This document shows, piece after piece, positions 5,603 through 14,300 of a stretch of DNA of 15,772 nucleotides. The stretch is from a bacterium (GTDB lineage Bacteria; Zhuqueibacterota; Zhuqueibacteria; Oceanimicrobiales; Oceanimicrobiaceae): NCBI GenBank assembly GCA_046758365.1, contig JBHIAC010000077.1:1-15772 (forward strand), given 5' to 3'. The position numbers and the translations under genes were made by a program. Below the pieces are notes generated by a model. It was not told the origin of the DNA, did not search any database, and worked only from the letters and a program-made list of their open reading frames with translations. Numbering within the stretch: position 1 is the first letter of the stretch; each line of letters begins with the position of its first letter.

Positions 5603-8389
5603 TTACTGTTTGTTGAGTTCTTCATTGTATGAGTAACGCTTCAATACCACGCTTGCAGTTTCCTGGACAATCGTATCTTGATCCGCTTGTGCTTGCTTTA
5701 CAAGATGCCGGAAGTCGTCTAATAGACCGCACCGCCCAATCTCATACAGAGCACAAGCACGGAGCCAAGGATCGTTAATCGAAACCAAGCTCAACAAAGC
5801 CTCTTTGCGGTTATTCAAGGGCATGTCCAAAACTCCGTCGGCATGCTGCAACACCTGCTCAACCGGCATTTCTTCAACCAAAGGGATCAACAGGTGTTTG
5901 AAGTTTTTGGATAACAAATTGTCTAAAAACTCAACAGCACTTGAACGAATCGCCTTATTGGTGCTGATCGTGGCCGTATAAGCATTATATATATCACGCG
6001 GGGGATACCGTAGACCCAAGAGACGAAAGATACGTTCAAGGTGATCGTCAAGGCGTTCACATAAAGCACGCTGCAGTAGGTTGGTGCCACGGTCAAGGCG
6101 TGCCTTATCCCCATCTGCACTGTGGAGCATGGCCAACAAAAGGTAGTATTTGCGTATCTCTTGAATTAACGCTTCATCCACCCGTTGGTCAAAATGTAGA
6201 TCCGGGTAGCGGGTGCGGAGCTTACTTAAAGACTTAATTATCTGAAATTTCAGAATTTCATCTGATTGAGGTAAAGAGTCCAGCAGCACCTCAACTGAGG
6301 TCTGACTGCCGATTAGACTTAATACTTTCGGGATTTCTCGACGAACAAAAATCGGTACACTGGCATCATTAAGGTAATCGGAGAGTGTGCCTACGATGTC
6401 ATCTCGATAAGCAGCCAATGCTTCCCTAGCCACACTTCGGTCGATACGATCACCCATATGACGAATAAGCAATGGAATAAATTCTTTTGCACGAATCCTC
6501 CCAGCACTGGTTATGGCTCGCATGCGCACACTAGGGTCTCGATCTTCAATAAGCTCAGCAAGTAAATGATGATACTCGGTTCTTTTAAGAATACCGAGGG
6601 CTTCTGCTACTTGCGCCCGGTCTTCCTGATTTCTTGAAAGGAAAGAATTTATTAAGTCTTGGGTCAATAATTGCGCCGCTACTTCCGGTTGTTCAGCAGT
6701 ACAATAGAGCGCCGAACCGCGTAAGCCACTATCTTCATCCTGCAACCACTTGATGAGCATTTCTGAAGCTGATTCCGTTGAAAACTTAATATAATAACGA
6801 ACAGCTTCACGTCGCACGTCTTCTTCGGAATCGTGTAACAATTCTTTTACTTCAGGGAAAAGTTCACTTTCACTACATTTCCCAAGTAATTGTAGACTCC
6901 GCAAACGTACTTCTGCGGACGAATGCTGCAACAAAGGTCGTATGGGTGGAACCAAGTCAACCCCTTCTACAGACTCCAGCAGTTGCAATGAATAAACGAC
7001 CTGACGTTCGTTACGGCTCGCAAGTGCCACGATTAATGAATTGATTGTCGCTACGTCTTTAATTGACACGGTCAGCAGATCAGCATCAATACGGCGCTTG
7101 TTTAATGCTTGCCGGAAAGATTCCACGTACTCGCGATAGTTCGCGAATGCGAGCACCATCCAAATGCCAATCAAGAATAACGATACAAGGCTTATTTGGG
7201 ACACGCTCAGACCAAACCAGCTATAAAAAATAAGCAGTAGGAATCCAGATATTCCACGTGCAAGTCGATCGGCAAACATATCCACGAATGTCTTAGTCTT
7301 CTTTTTAACCTCCGGGGGAATTGGAAGAAAGAGAAGTTCAATTCCAGCCTTATTGATTGAATGGCGGAAAGCGCCGTCACCAATTTTGATCGCCAAAATC
7401 GAGATCAGTCCATATCCCACAAATACCCACATAGAGGTTACCATCATGGCTAAAGGTAGAAAAAAGACCGTCACTCCCACACCAAATCGACGGATGATAG
7501 CCCCAGCAAAAAGAACTTGGAAAACAAGTGAGAATACACCTAGGTTAGCAAACCAGAGTAAGAAAAACTGAGTAAGATCATCTGCCGTCCCGGTTATTTC
7601 TTCACTTGCATAGGCACTGAACTGAAAATCAGCTATCTGAGAGACCATAACGATCAGTGCTACAATGCCCATAAGCAGTGCAAGGTGTCGTGAATTTCGT
7701 ATGAGAATGAATACTTCTTTTAACACTTGAAAAAACTTTTCATCAACTGAGGTTCCTGGTACACTTCTAGTACTTTCAAATGATTTTTCTCGCCGACGCC
7801 AAGCGAGATTAATCAAAAGAATGGTTGTTCCTAAGAAACCTATGCAGAAGAAGGCGAGGTTGGCTGTACCCCCTATTTGCTTCACCAATGCCCGGGTAAA
7901 AAAGCCGCCTGTAATACCGCCCAACATGGCCCCAACTACTAAAAACGGGAAAAGGCGTTTGGCTTCGCGCGGATTAAAAACGTAATTTGCCAACAGCCAG
8001 AACTGAGACGTTGTAAGAATCCCAAATATGCTAGTCCAAACCCAGAGTCCATAATATAGCAGCGCCGATTTTACATCGATTGTGAGAAACCACCAAAATA
8101 GGACTAAATTGGCCATGAGGAAAATCGTTGTACCAATCATCAGTCGATCAAGGCGGATATTTGCCGCCAGCCTTGCATAAATTACCGCAACGGACCCAAC
8201 TACAATTGCCACTAGCATGTATACAAATGGCAATTGGGTAGCGCCTAGATTCGTTAAAAATAAAGAACGAGTCATCGATTTAAGGATGAGATAAGAGGCA
8301 AGAACCAAAAAAATATGACTGAACATAATCCAAGTTCGGCCGGCCTCTCCACGGCGAATGTCAATTGCTTTTCGAAGCAAAGAAAACAT
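5603..8389 (-). CDS. NTT/TLC (Npt1/Npt2-like ATP/ADP translocase) family MFS transporter fused to C-terminal HEAT repeats
   Basis: About 420-aa N-terminal domain with roughly 12 hydrophobic helices and the TLC-type motifs SQFWLLANYVFNPREAKRLFP and LLFLPIPPEVKKKTKTFVD. The C-terminal ~500 aa carry HEAT-like repeats (LLQHSSAEVRLRSL, LLHDSEEDVRREAV, LIEDRDPSVRMRAI, NDPWLRACAL). SD GAGGT at 8393-8397. Confidence 0.88.
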   Translation of the reverse strand: MFSLLRKAIDIRRGEAGRTWIMFSHIFLVLASYLILKSMTRSLFLTNLGATQLPFVYMLVAIVVGSVAVIYARLAANIRLDRLMIGTTIFLMANLVLFWWFLTIDVKSALLYYGLWVWTSIFGILTTSQFWLLANYVFNPREAKRLFPFLVVGAMLGGITGGFFTRALVKQIGGTANLAFFCIGFLGTTILLINLAWRRREKSFESTRSVPGTSVDEKFFQVLKEVFILIRNSRHLALLMGIVALIVMVSQIADFQFSAYASEEITGTADDLTQFFLLWFANLGVFSLVFQVLFAGAIIRRFGVGVTVFFLPLAMMVTSMWVFVGYGLISILAIKIGDGAFRHSINKAGIELLFLPIPPEVKKKTKTFVDMFADRLARGISGFLLLIFYSWFGLSVSQISLVSLFLIGIWMVLAFANYREYVESFRQALNKRRIDADLLTVSIKDVATINSLIVALASRNERQVVYSLQLLESVEGVDLVPPIRPLLQHSSAEVRLRSLQLLGKCSESELFPEVKELLHDSEEDVRREAVRYYIKFSTESASEMLIKWLQDEDSGLRGSALYCTAEQPEVAAQLLTQDLINSFLSRNQEDRAQVAEALGILKRTEYHHLLAELIEDRDPSVRMRAITSAGRIRAKEFIPLLIRHMGDRIDRSVAREALAAYRDDIVGTLSDYLNDASVPIFVRREIPKVLSLIGSQTSVEVLLDSLPQSDEILKFQIIKSLSKLRTRYPDLHFDQRVDEALIQEIRKYYLLLAMLHSADGDKARLDRGTNLLQRALCERLDDHLERIFRLLGLRYPPRDIYNAYTATISTNKAIRSSAVEFLDNLLSKNFKHLLIPLVEEMPVEQVLQHADGVLDMPLNNRKEALLSLVSINDPWLRACALYEIGRCGLLDDFRHLVKQAQADQDTIVQETASVVLKRYSYNEELNKQ

Positions 8390-8420
8390 GTTACCTCGAT
8401 TTGTTAGATTGATTTTTCAA

Positions 8421-8449
8421 AATATAAACAACTCTCCATTCTTTGTCAA
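8421..8449 (-). promoter_or_regulatory. Near-consensus sigma70 promoter for the NTT-HEAT/cNMP operon
   Basis: Minus strand: TTGACA (8449-8444), 17-nt spacer, TATATT (8426-8421), about 30 nt upstream of ATG 8389. Confidence 0.7.
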
Positions 8450-8619
8450 ATAGTTTTTATACTGCTAATTTCTTGATTAAAGTGAGCGATAATGTTAGGC
8501 CCCATAAAATGGATTGTCATTATTGACATTAAAATAAAATACTTTCATTTTTTATTTGAAGTATGTCAACGGTTACAAACAGTGTGTCAGTGGGCGTACA
8601 ATAGCGCTTGATTTATTCC

Positions 8620-8648
8620 TTGATTTTTTACTCTACTCGTATTATATT
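8620..8648 (+). promoter_or_regulatory. Putative sigma70 promoter for the amidohydrolase / beta-propeller block
   Basis: TTGATT (8620-8625), 17-nt spacer, TATATT (8643-8648), in the divergent intergenic region. Confidence 0.5.
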
Positions 8649-8802
8649 AAAACTACTTTATTTATGGATTGGTTACTAAACATTTCTACAAAGAGCCATT
8701 TAATGGACAAAGAACAATCCAATGGTAAATTGGAAGAAGAGCTTAAAGAAAAAATACGCAACGGCTTTATGGTTGAGTCGCTATGAAGAGGAGGTAGTGA
8801 AA

Positions 8803-10146
8803 ATGAAAAATCATTCTAAATCTCAACAACCTATAATTTATTTTCTTTTATTATTAATGAATCTTTACTTACCACCTAGAATCTTATCTCAATCTAACCC
8901 TAAGCAAGCACAGAAACTCGCTATTCGATGCGGCCTGCTCATTAATGGGATCAGCAATAGCCCCACGATTAATGCGGTAATTTTAATTGAAGGAGAACAA
9001 ATCATCAAGGTGGGGCAGGATATACCCATTCCAGTCGCTGCTAAAGTCATAGACCTGAGTGAATATACAATACTCCCAGGTCTCATAGACACTCATACCC
9101 ACATTTGTTTGACACCCGACTATCACATTAAAAATCCTGTACTCTATAAATCCATTCCGTATAGAACTATTGAAGGGGCACATAACGCCCGCTTGAATTT
9201 GGAGGCGGGATTTACCACGCTTCGGGACGTGGATTCCGAGGGAGCCGATTTTGCCGATGTAGCCATTCGGGACGCTATAAATCAGGGACTCATCATAGGA
9301 CCAAGGCTGCAGGTTTCGACCATGGCTCTTTCTATTACTGGTGGGCACATGAATATAACAGGCCTGGCGCCTCACATTGAGGTCCCGCAACTGGCGGCCA
9401 TAGCGGACACTCCACAGGAGAAGCTCAAAGAAGTTCGGAGACAAATCAAGTACGGCGCAGATTGGATTAAACTTTATACTACTGGAACACTAAAGCACAT
9501 CAATCCGAAAACCCTGGAGCCATTGAGTCAAATGACCCTTGATGAAGTGGGTCTTATAGTGGAAGAGTGCAAACGTTGGAATATACCGGTGGCGGCTCAT
9601 GCCTACGGCGGCGAAGGGGCCACAGTTGCCATTTTAGGAGGCGTTCGCTCTATTGAGCACGGATTTTTTCTCACCGAAGAACAGCTAAAAGCCATGGCTG
9701 AAAGAGGTACATTTTGGTCGCCTACATTAAGTGTCTATCTGCCGGACACAGAAGAAGAACGTAACGATCCCCTTCGAAAAGAAATTGTCAAATCTCATAA
9801 ACAAGCTTTTAAAAAAGCCCTTCAAATAGGCGTTAAAATTGCTTTCGGAACGGATGTTGGGGCCTTGCAACACGGTACTTCGGCCAAAGAATTTCAACTC
9901 ATGGTAGACTATGGCATGAAACCGATGGATGCCATCAAATCTGCTACTACGGTGGCTGCTGAACTTATGGGATGGGAAGACCAGATAGGAAGCATTGATG
10001 AAGGGAAATTCGCCGACATCATTGCAGTTAAGGGAAACCCACTTACAGACATTAGTGTTTTACAGCACGTGGTTTTGGTTATAAAAGGCGGCCAGGTAAT
10101 AAAGGATGAAACGAATAAAGTTTCGGCTAATACAACAAACAATTAA
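8803..10146 (+). CDS. Exported metal-dependent amidohydrolase (Xaa-Pro dipeptidase / carboxypeptidase-like, Amidohydro_1)
   Basis: PGLIDTHTH (HxH), AGFTTLRD, WIKL (carboxylated Lys position), AAHAYG, SIEHG, FGTD, GSIDEGKFADII. Strong SD GAGGAGGT at 8788-8795 places the start at ATG 8803, not 8722. Signal-peptide-like N-terminus (IIYFLLLLMNLYLPPRILS-Q). Confidence 0.9.
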   Translation: MKNHSKSQQPIIYFLLLLMNLYLPPRILSQSNPKQAQKLAIRCGLLINGISNSPTINAVILIEGEQIIKVGQDIPIPVAAKVIDLSEYTILPGLIDTHTHICLTPDYHIKNPVLYKSIPYRTIEGAHNARLNLEAGFTTLRDVDSEGADFADVAIRDAINQGLIIGPRLQVSTMALSITGGHMNITGLAPHIEVPQLAAIADTPQEKLKEVRRQIKYGADWIKLYTTGTLKHINPKTLEPLSQMTLDEVGLIVEECKRWNIPVAAHAYGGEGATVAILGGVRSIEHGFFLTEEQLKAMAERGTFWSPTLSVYLPDTEEERNDPLRKEIVKSHKQAFKKALQIGVKIAFGTDVGALQHGTSAKEFQLMVDYGMKPMDAIKSATTVAAELMGWEDQIGSIDEGKFADIIAVKGNPLTDISVLQHVVLVIKGGQVIKDETNKVSANTTNN

Positions 10147-10197
10147 ATAATATCTAGAAAATTAAGTAATCAAATTAATAAAGGTAAGGAGATTCAG

Positions 10198-11271
10198 ATG
10201 AATAAAGTGTTGTACAGTTTGACTCTATTATTGAGTATATTATTGGGCACGGCCCTGATAGCCACTCATGAATCATCTGGAACTACTGGAACACTTATTG
10301 TACTTAATAAATCTGAGTCCTCGGCCACGCTCATTTCCCTTAAGAGAGGTGAAGCCCTGGCAGCTATACCCACTGGCAAAGGACCTCACGAAGTGGCCGT
10401 ATCGCCGGATGGTTACACAGCCGTTATCTCGAATTATGGAGCTCAAGAACCAGGTTCTACCCTCACCGTGATAGACCTGAGAAGTCAAAAGGTGGTTAAG
10501 ACCATCGATTTGAAAAAGTACCAGCGACCCCATGGTTTGGTCTTTCTACCAGATGGGGAGCGCCTCTTGGTAACTGCCGAAGCACAAAAAGCACTTCTGA
10601 TAGTTGACCTGGACACAGGCAAAGTTCTGGAAGCCATTGACACGGGACAAGAGGTAAGCCACATGGTTGCTTTAGTTCCTAAGGGCAAGCGAGCGTTTGT
10701 GGCAAATATTCGTTCTGGTTCGGTCACGGTCATTGATCTGCAGAAGGCCAAGGCAGTCACCACTATCAAGACAGGAGCTGGGGCTGAAGGTATCGATATA
10801 TCCCCCGATGGCCGTGAGATTTGGGTCAGTAATCGTGCTGAAGACCGCATCAGCATCATCGACGCTGAATCACTAAAGGTAGTAGAAACTTTGGAATGTA
10901 AATCGTTCCCAATTCGTTTGAAGTTCACACCAAATGGACAGTATGTACTGGTATCTAATGCCCAATCAGGCGACGTAGCGGTTTTCGATACACACCAGCA
11001 CAAAGAAGTGCGCCGAATCCCGATGGAAGTTAAAGCCATTGAAGGTAAAGAAATTCGCTTATTTAGCAATAGATTCGGTGAAAGCCCGGTTCCAGTAGGA
11101 ATCCTTATCCACCCTGATGGCCGTCATGCCTATGTGGCTAACACCAACGCAGACCTCGTAACCGTCATTGATCTCAATACATGGAAAATCACGAATCGTT
11201 TGAAAGCTGGCCGGGAACCCGACGGCTTGGGTTTTTCGCCAATAGAGTTAGATGTTCAAACAGGTAAATAG
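10198..11271 (+). CDS. Exported YVTN/YncE-family beta-propeller repeat protein (cytochrome d1 heme-domain-like fold)
   Basis: Signal peptide MNKVLYSLTLLLSILLGTALIA. Repeated blades: GPHEVAVSPDG, PHGLVFLPDG, AEGIDISPDGREIWVSN, PIRLKFTPNG, PVGILIHPDGRHAYVAN. SD AAGGAG upstream. Confidence 0.88.
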   Translation: MNKVLYSLTLLLSILLGTALIATHESSGTTGTLIVLNKSESSATLISLKRGEALAAIPTGKGPHEVAVSPDGYTAVISNYGAQEPGSTLTVIDLRSQKVVKTIDLKKYQRPHGLVFLPDGERLLVTAEAQKALLIVDLDTGKVLEAIDTGQEVSHMVALVPKGKRAFVANIRSGSVTVIDLQKAKAVTTIKTGAGAEGIDISPDGREIWVSNRAEDRISIIDAESLKVVETLECKSFPIRLKFTPNGQYVLVSNAQSGDVAVFDTHQHKEVRRIPMEVKAIEGKEIRLFSNRFGESPVPVGILIHPDGRHAYVANTNADLVTVIDLNTWKITNRLKAGREPDGLGFSPIELDVQTGK

Positions 11272-11342
11272 TTTATTTGATTCAAAAGTCGAGTACTTTT
11301 ATACATGGAAGTATCAAAGGTTTAATGACCAAGGAGGTCTTT

Positions 11343-14300
11343 ATGAAATTTTCTGGAATACGTTTTAACTTACTCTCCTTAAAATTTGGTTTTTTTTGCC
11401 GCATCAATTTCCTTACTTCTATCTTTTTGGGTTTATTTGTCTATGGATATTACTTCAGGGCCGTGTTAGCTCAGGAATCGGTACAATCAGGAAATCTTGA
11501 AAAGATACCCTACCTTGCTCAATACCAAATGCAAATATCAGGTGAAGCTGGGGAAGTAGAGCCCCCGCTTAACGATGAATGTGAGACGGCTATTATCGTT
11601 AACTCTTTGCCTTTTAAAGATTTGCAGAACACTCGAAACGCTACTTACAATCCTGCTGATCCGAAGTTAAGTTGCAGTGATGATGGTAATCAGACTTATG
11701 GGAATACCGTGTGGTATACCTTTACTGCAATGGATAATATAAATGTAAACATTAGCACCAATGGCAGCAATTACGACACATTCATCGAAGTTTTTAATGG
11801 GGATTGTGCTAATCTTACAGAGATAGATTGTGCAGACATTGGTTTCACAGATAACCTTGTATTTGATGCCATAGCTGGAGAGACCTACTTCATCAAAATT
11901 GGTGAATACCAGGGTGGCACAGGTGGTGGAGAATTGTTATTCAGTATGCGAGTGGACTCACTGTTTCAAGGCCCCGAGACTGGGAGCATTGCGAGTGGCG
12001 CGTTTGTATCTACAGACAATTTTTCTTCCATTACAGCAAAAAACAAAGGACTTAAAGAGCGAAAAGACCACCTTCAAAGGGTTGTTCCTCTACGTGATAT
12101 TGTCATACGTAATGACTTAAAGAAACCGTTAGTTGAGCCAACCGGCCCGGTTGGTTCTAATTTTGTCGAGGATTTAGATTCTCTTTTATTTGAAATCAAT
12201 GCTCCTCGTTTTGAGAAGGGTTTTCCAGGTATCCCTGATGATGCAAACTCAGCCGGTTTAGTTTTTATCCCGCCTGACCCCATTATCGCCGCAGGTCCGA
12301 ATCATTTGGTGGCTTGCATCAACACCGATTTTGCTATATTCGATAAAATAGGTAACAAATTGTTCGAGGTAGATGCTACCGAATGGTTTGAGAATGTGTT
12401 ACCCGGACTTGATCCTGCGAATCAAGAGCCCTTCAGTGCAGTGTTCGATCCACAAATTGTATATGATCATTTTGCTGACCGTTGGGTTATGATTTATATA
12501 GCCACAGATTTAGTGGGTCAATCATTCCTTCTCCTATCGACTTCGGACGATGACAATCCACTCGGCACCTGGTGCAATTGGGCCCTGCCTGGCAACCAAA
12601 ACGGCTCTACCCCTAATACTAACATTAATGACTTTCCAAAGCTGGGTTTTGACAACCAGGCAATTTACGTAACAACAAACCAATTTGACCTTGTGACCAG
12701 CAGTTTCCAATATGTTCAAGTTCGCATTATAGGCAAGGCACAATTATATCAAAATACCTGTGGTCCCGTAACTTGGACCGATTTTTGGGATTTACGAAAT
12801 CCAAGTAATTTATTTCTACCCACCTTTACGACCGTACCGGCGGTTACCTTTGGTACGCCTGGGGTAGAATATTTAGTAGATGTTGATTTTATTAATTTCT
12901 CATCAGGTACTTTTATGAATTTATGGTCTCTGACCGATCCCTTAGGTAGCCCTACTCTTTCCGCCGTGACGGTTTCTGTTACTGCCTTTAATTCACCACC
13001 CGATGCAGATCAGTTTGGGGGTAGTACGATTCCTATTGATGTTGGAGGGAGGCGGAATCGCAATGTCGTTTATAAAAATGGGTCGGTTTGGACAGCACAT
13101 TCTGTTGGCGATGTCTCTGGTCAATTTGCACGGGCTCGCTATGTTCGGATTGATGTCAGCTCAGCGATGGCTATCGAAGATTTTGCCTTTGGGAAAGATA
13201 ACTTCTGGTATTTTTATCCTGCCGTTATGGTCGACAAAAGTGGTAATTTATTCATGGCATTTACACGCTCAGGTTTCACTGAGTTCGCAAGTGCTCGCTA
13301 CACCGGACGGTTAACTACTGATCCTGCTGGTTTACAAGCTAGCGCTTTATTGAAGGCCGGCGAGGCCAATTATGTCAAAACCTTCGACGACCCTCGAAAC
13401 CGTTGGGGTGACTACAATGGCATTGCCCTTGATCCCGTAGACAACAGCAAGGTTTGGATGTTTATCGAATATGCCGCATCACCTGCAAATACTTGGGGTA
13501 CCTGGATCGGCAGTACATCTTTTATCCCACTTTCCGGTCCTCAAATTGAGTTTAAGCCAGAAACTATCGATTTTGGAGCTGTCTTAGTGGGGGAATCAAG
13601 TTTTCCAGTTCCTGTTACTATACAAAATATTGGTGATCAAACTCTGACGGTTAATAATATTTCACTCGGTAATGCAATGGGACCCTTCACGCTAAGCGGA
13701 CTTCCAGCACTTCCCACTGATATACCCAGTTTTGGCTCCATTGAATTCTCCGCAATTTTTGCCCCAATTGTTGAAGAGGCGGCAATTGACATTATCACCA
13801 TATCCAGCAACGACGCGGATGATCCTTCAGTCACAATTACTATACAGGGCACCACCTCAGCAAATATTGATCTGAGTGCCTCTACTTTAGAGGTCTCTGT
13901 CGAATCCGGTCAAACTACCAATGAAATATTTACAATTAAAAATACTGGAGGCGTGGACCTTGAATTTGACATTAGCTTTACTGGGGTTGGTACATTAAAT
14001 CCCTCTGGCTTAGCGGCTCCAGTATCTCACCGTGTTCATCAGGATGTTACTCTAAATAGGCCATTTAATAATTCTAAAATTTCTAACGGATTGAATACAC
14101 GTAAAAAAGTATTACTCAATCCCGATGCAGCAGGAGATAAAGATTATGATTTCTCAGCGGTCGATGAACCCCTTGCATTTGAAGTAGAAAGAAGCGCTCT
14201 TCAATATACGGCTCCTAATACGATTTTTCAATACGACGTAAGCACCCCAGCGGGTGAGGCCTTGGCTCTTGGGATTGAATTTGAGAGCAATTTTATCTGG

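Noticed and set aside
5146..8389. Anti-phage cyclic-nucleotide system (Pycsar/CBASS-like) suggested by a cNMP sensor next to a membrane protein
   Set aside because: No nucleotide cyclase or CD-NTase gene lies in the window, the membrane protein is a full NTT-type transporter rather than a small pore effector, and there is no defence-island context.
8556..8802. ORF 8556..8786 as a full gene, and the 8722 start for the amidohydrolase
   Set aside because: The 8556 ORF has a TTG start and runs across the predicted promoter. The strong SD at 8788-8795 and the signal-peptide position favour ATG 8803.
252..11069. Other overlapping ORFs: 252..536, 2323..2541, 2663..2884, 3566..3832, 4321..4533, 5128..5424, 5923..6120, 7353..7571, 8889..9092, 8983..9444, 9909..10142, 10268..10471, 10273..10533 and 10485..11069
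   Set aside because: They are shadow or alternate-frame ORFs overlapping well-supported genes, with no family motifs.
11390..11397. T8 homopolymer in the signal-peptide region of the large secreted gene as a phase-variation switch
   Set aside because: The run is short, encodes Gly-Phe-Phe-Cys in an AT-rich sequence, and the frame is intact. There is no evidence of length variation without read data.
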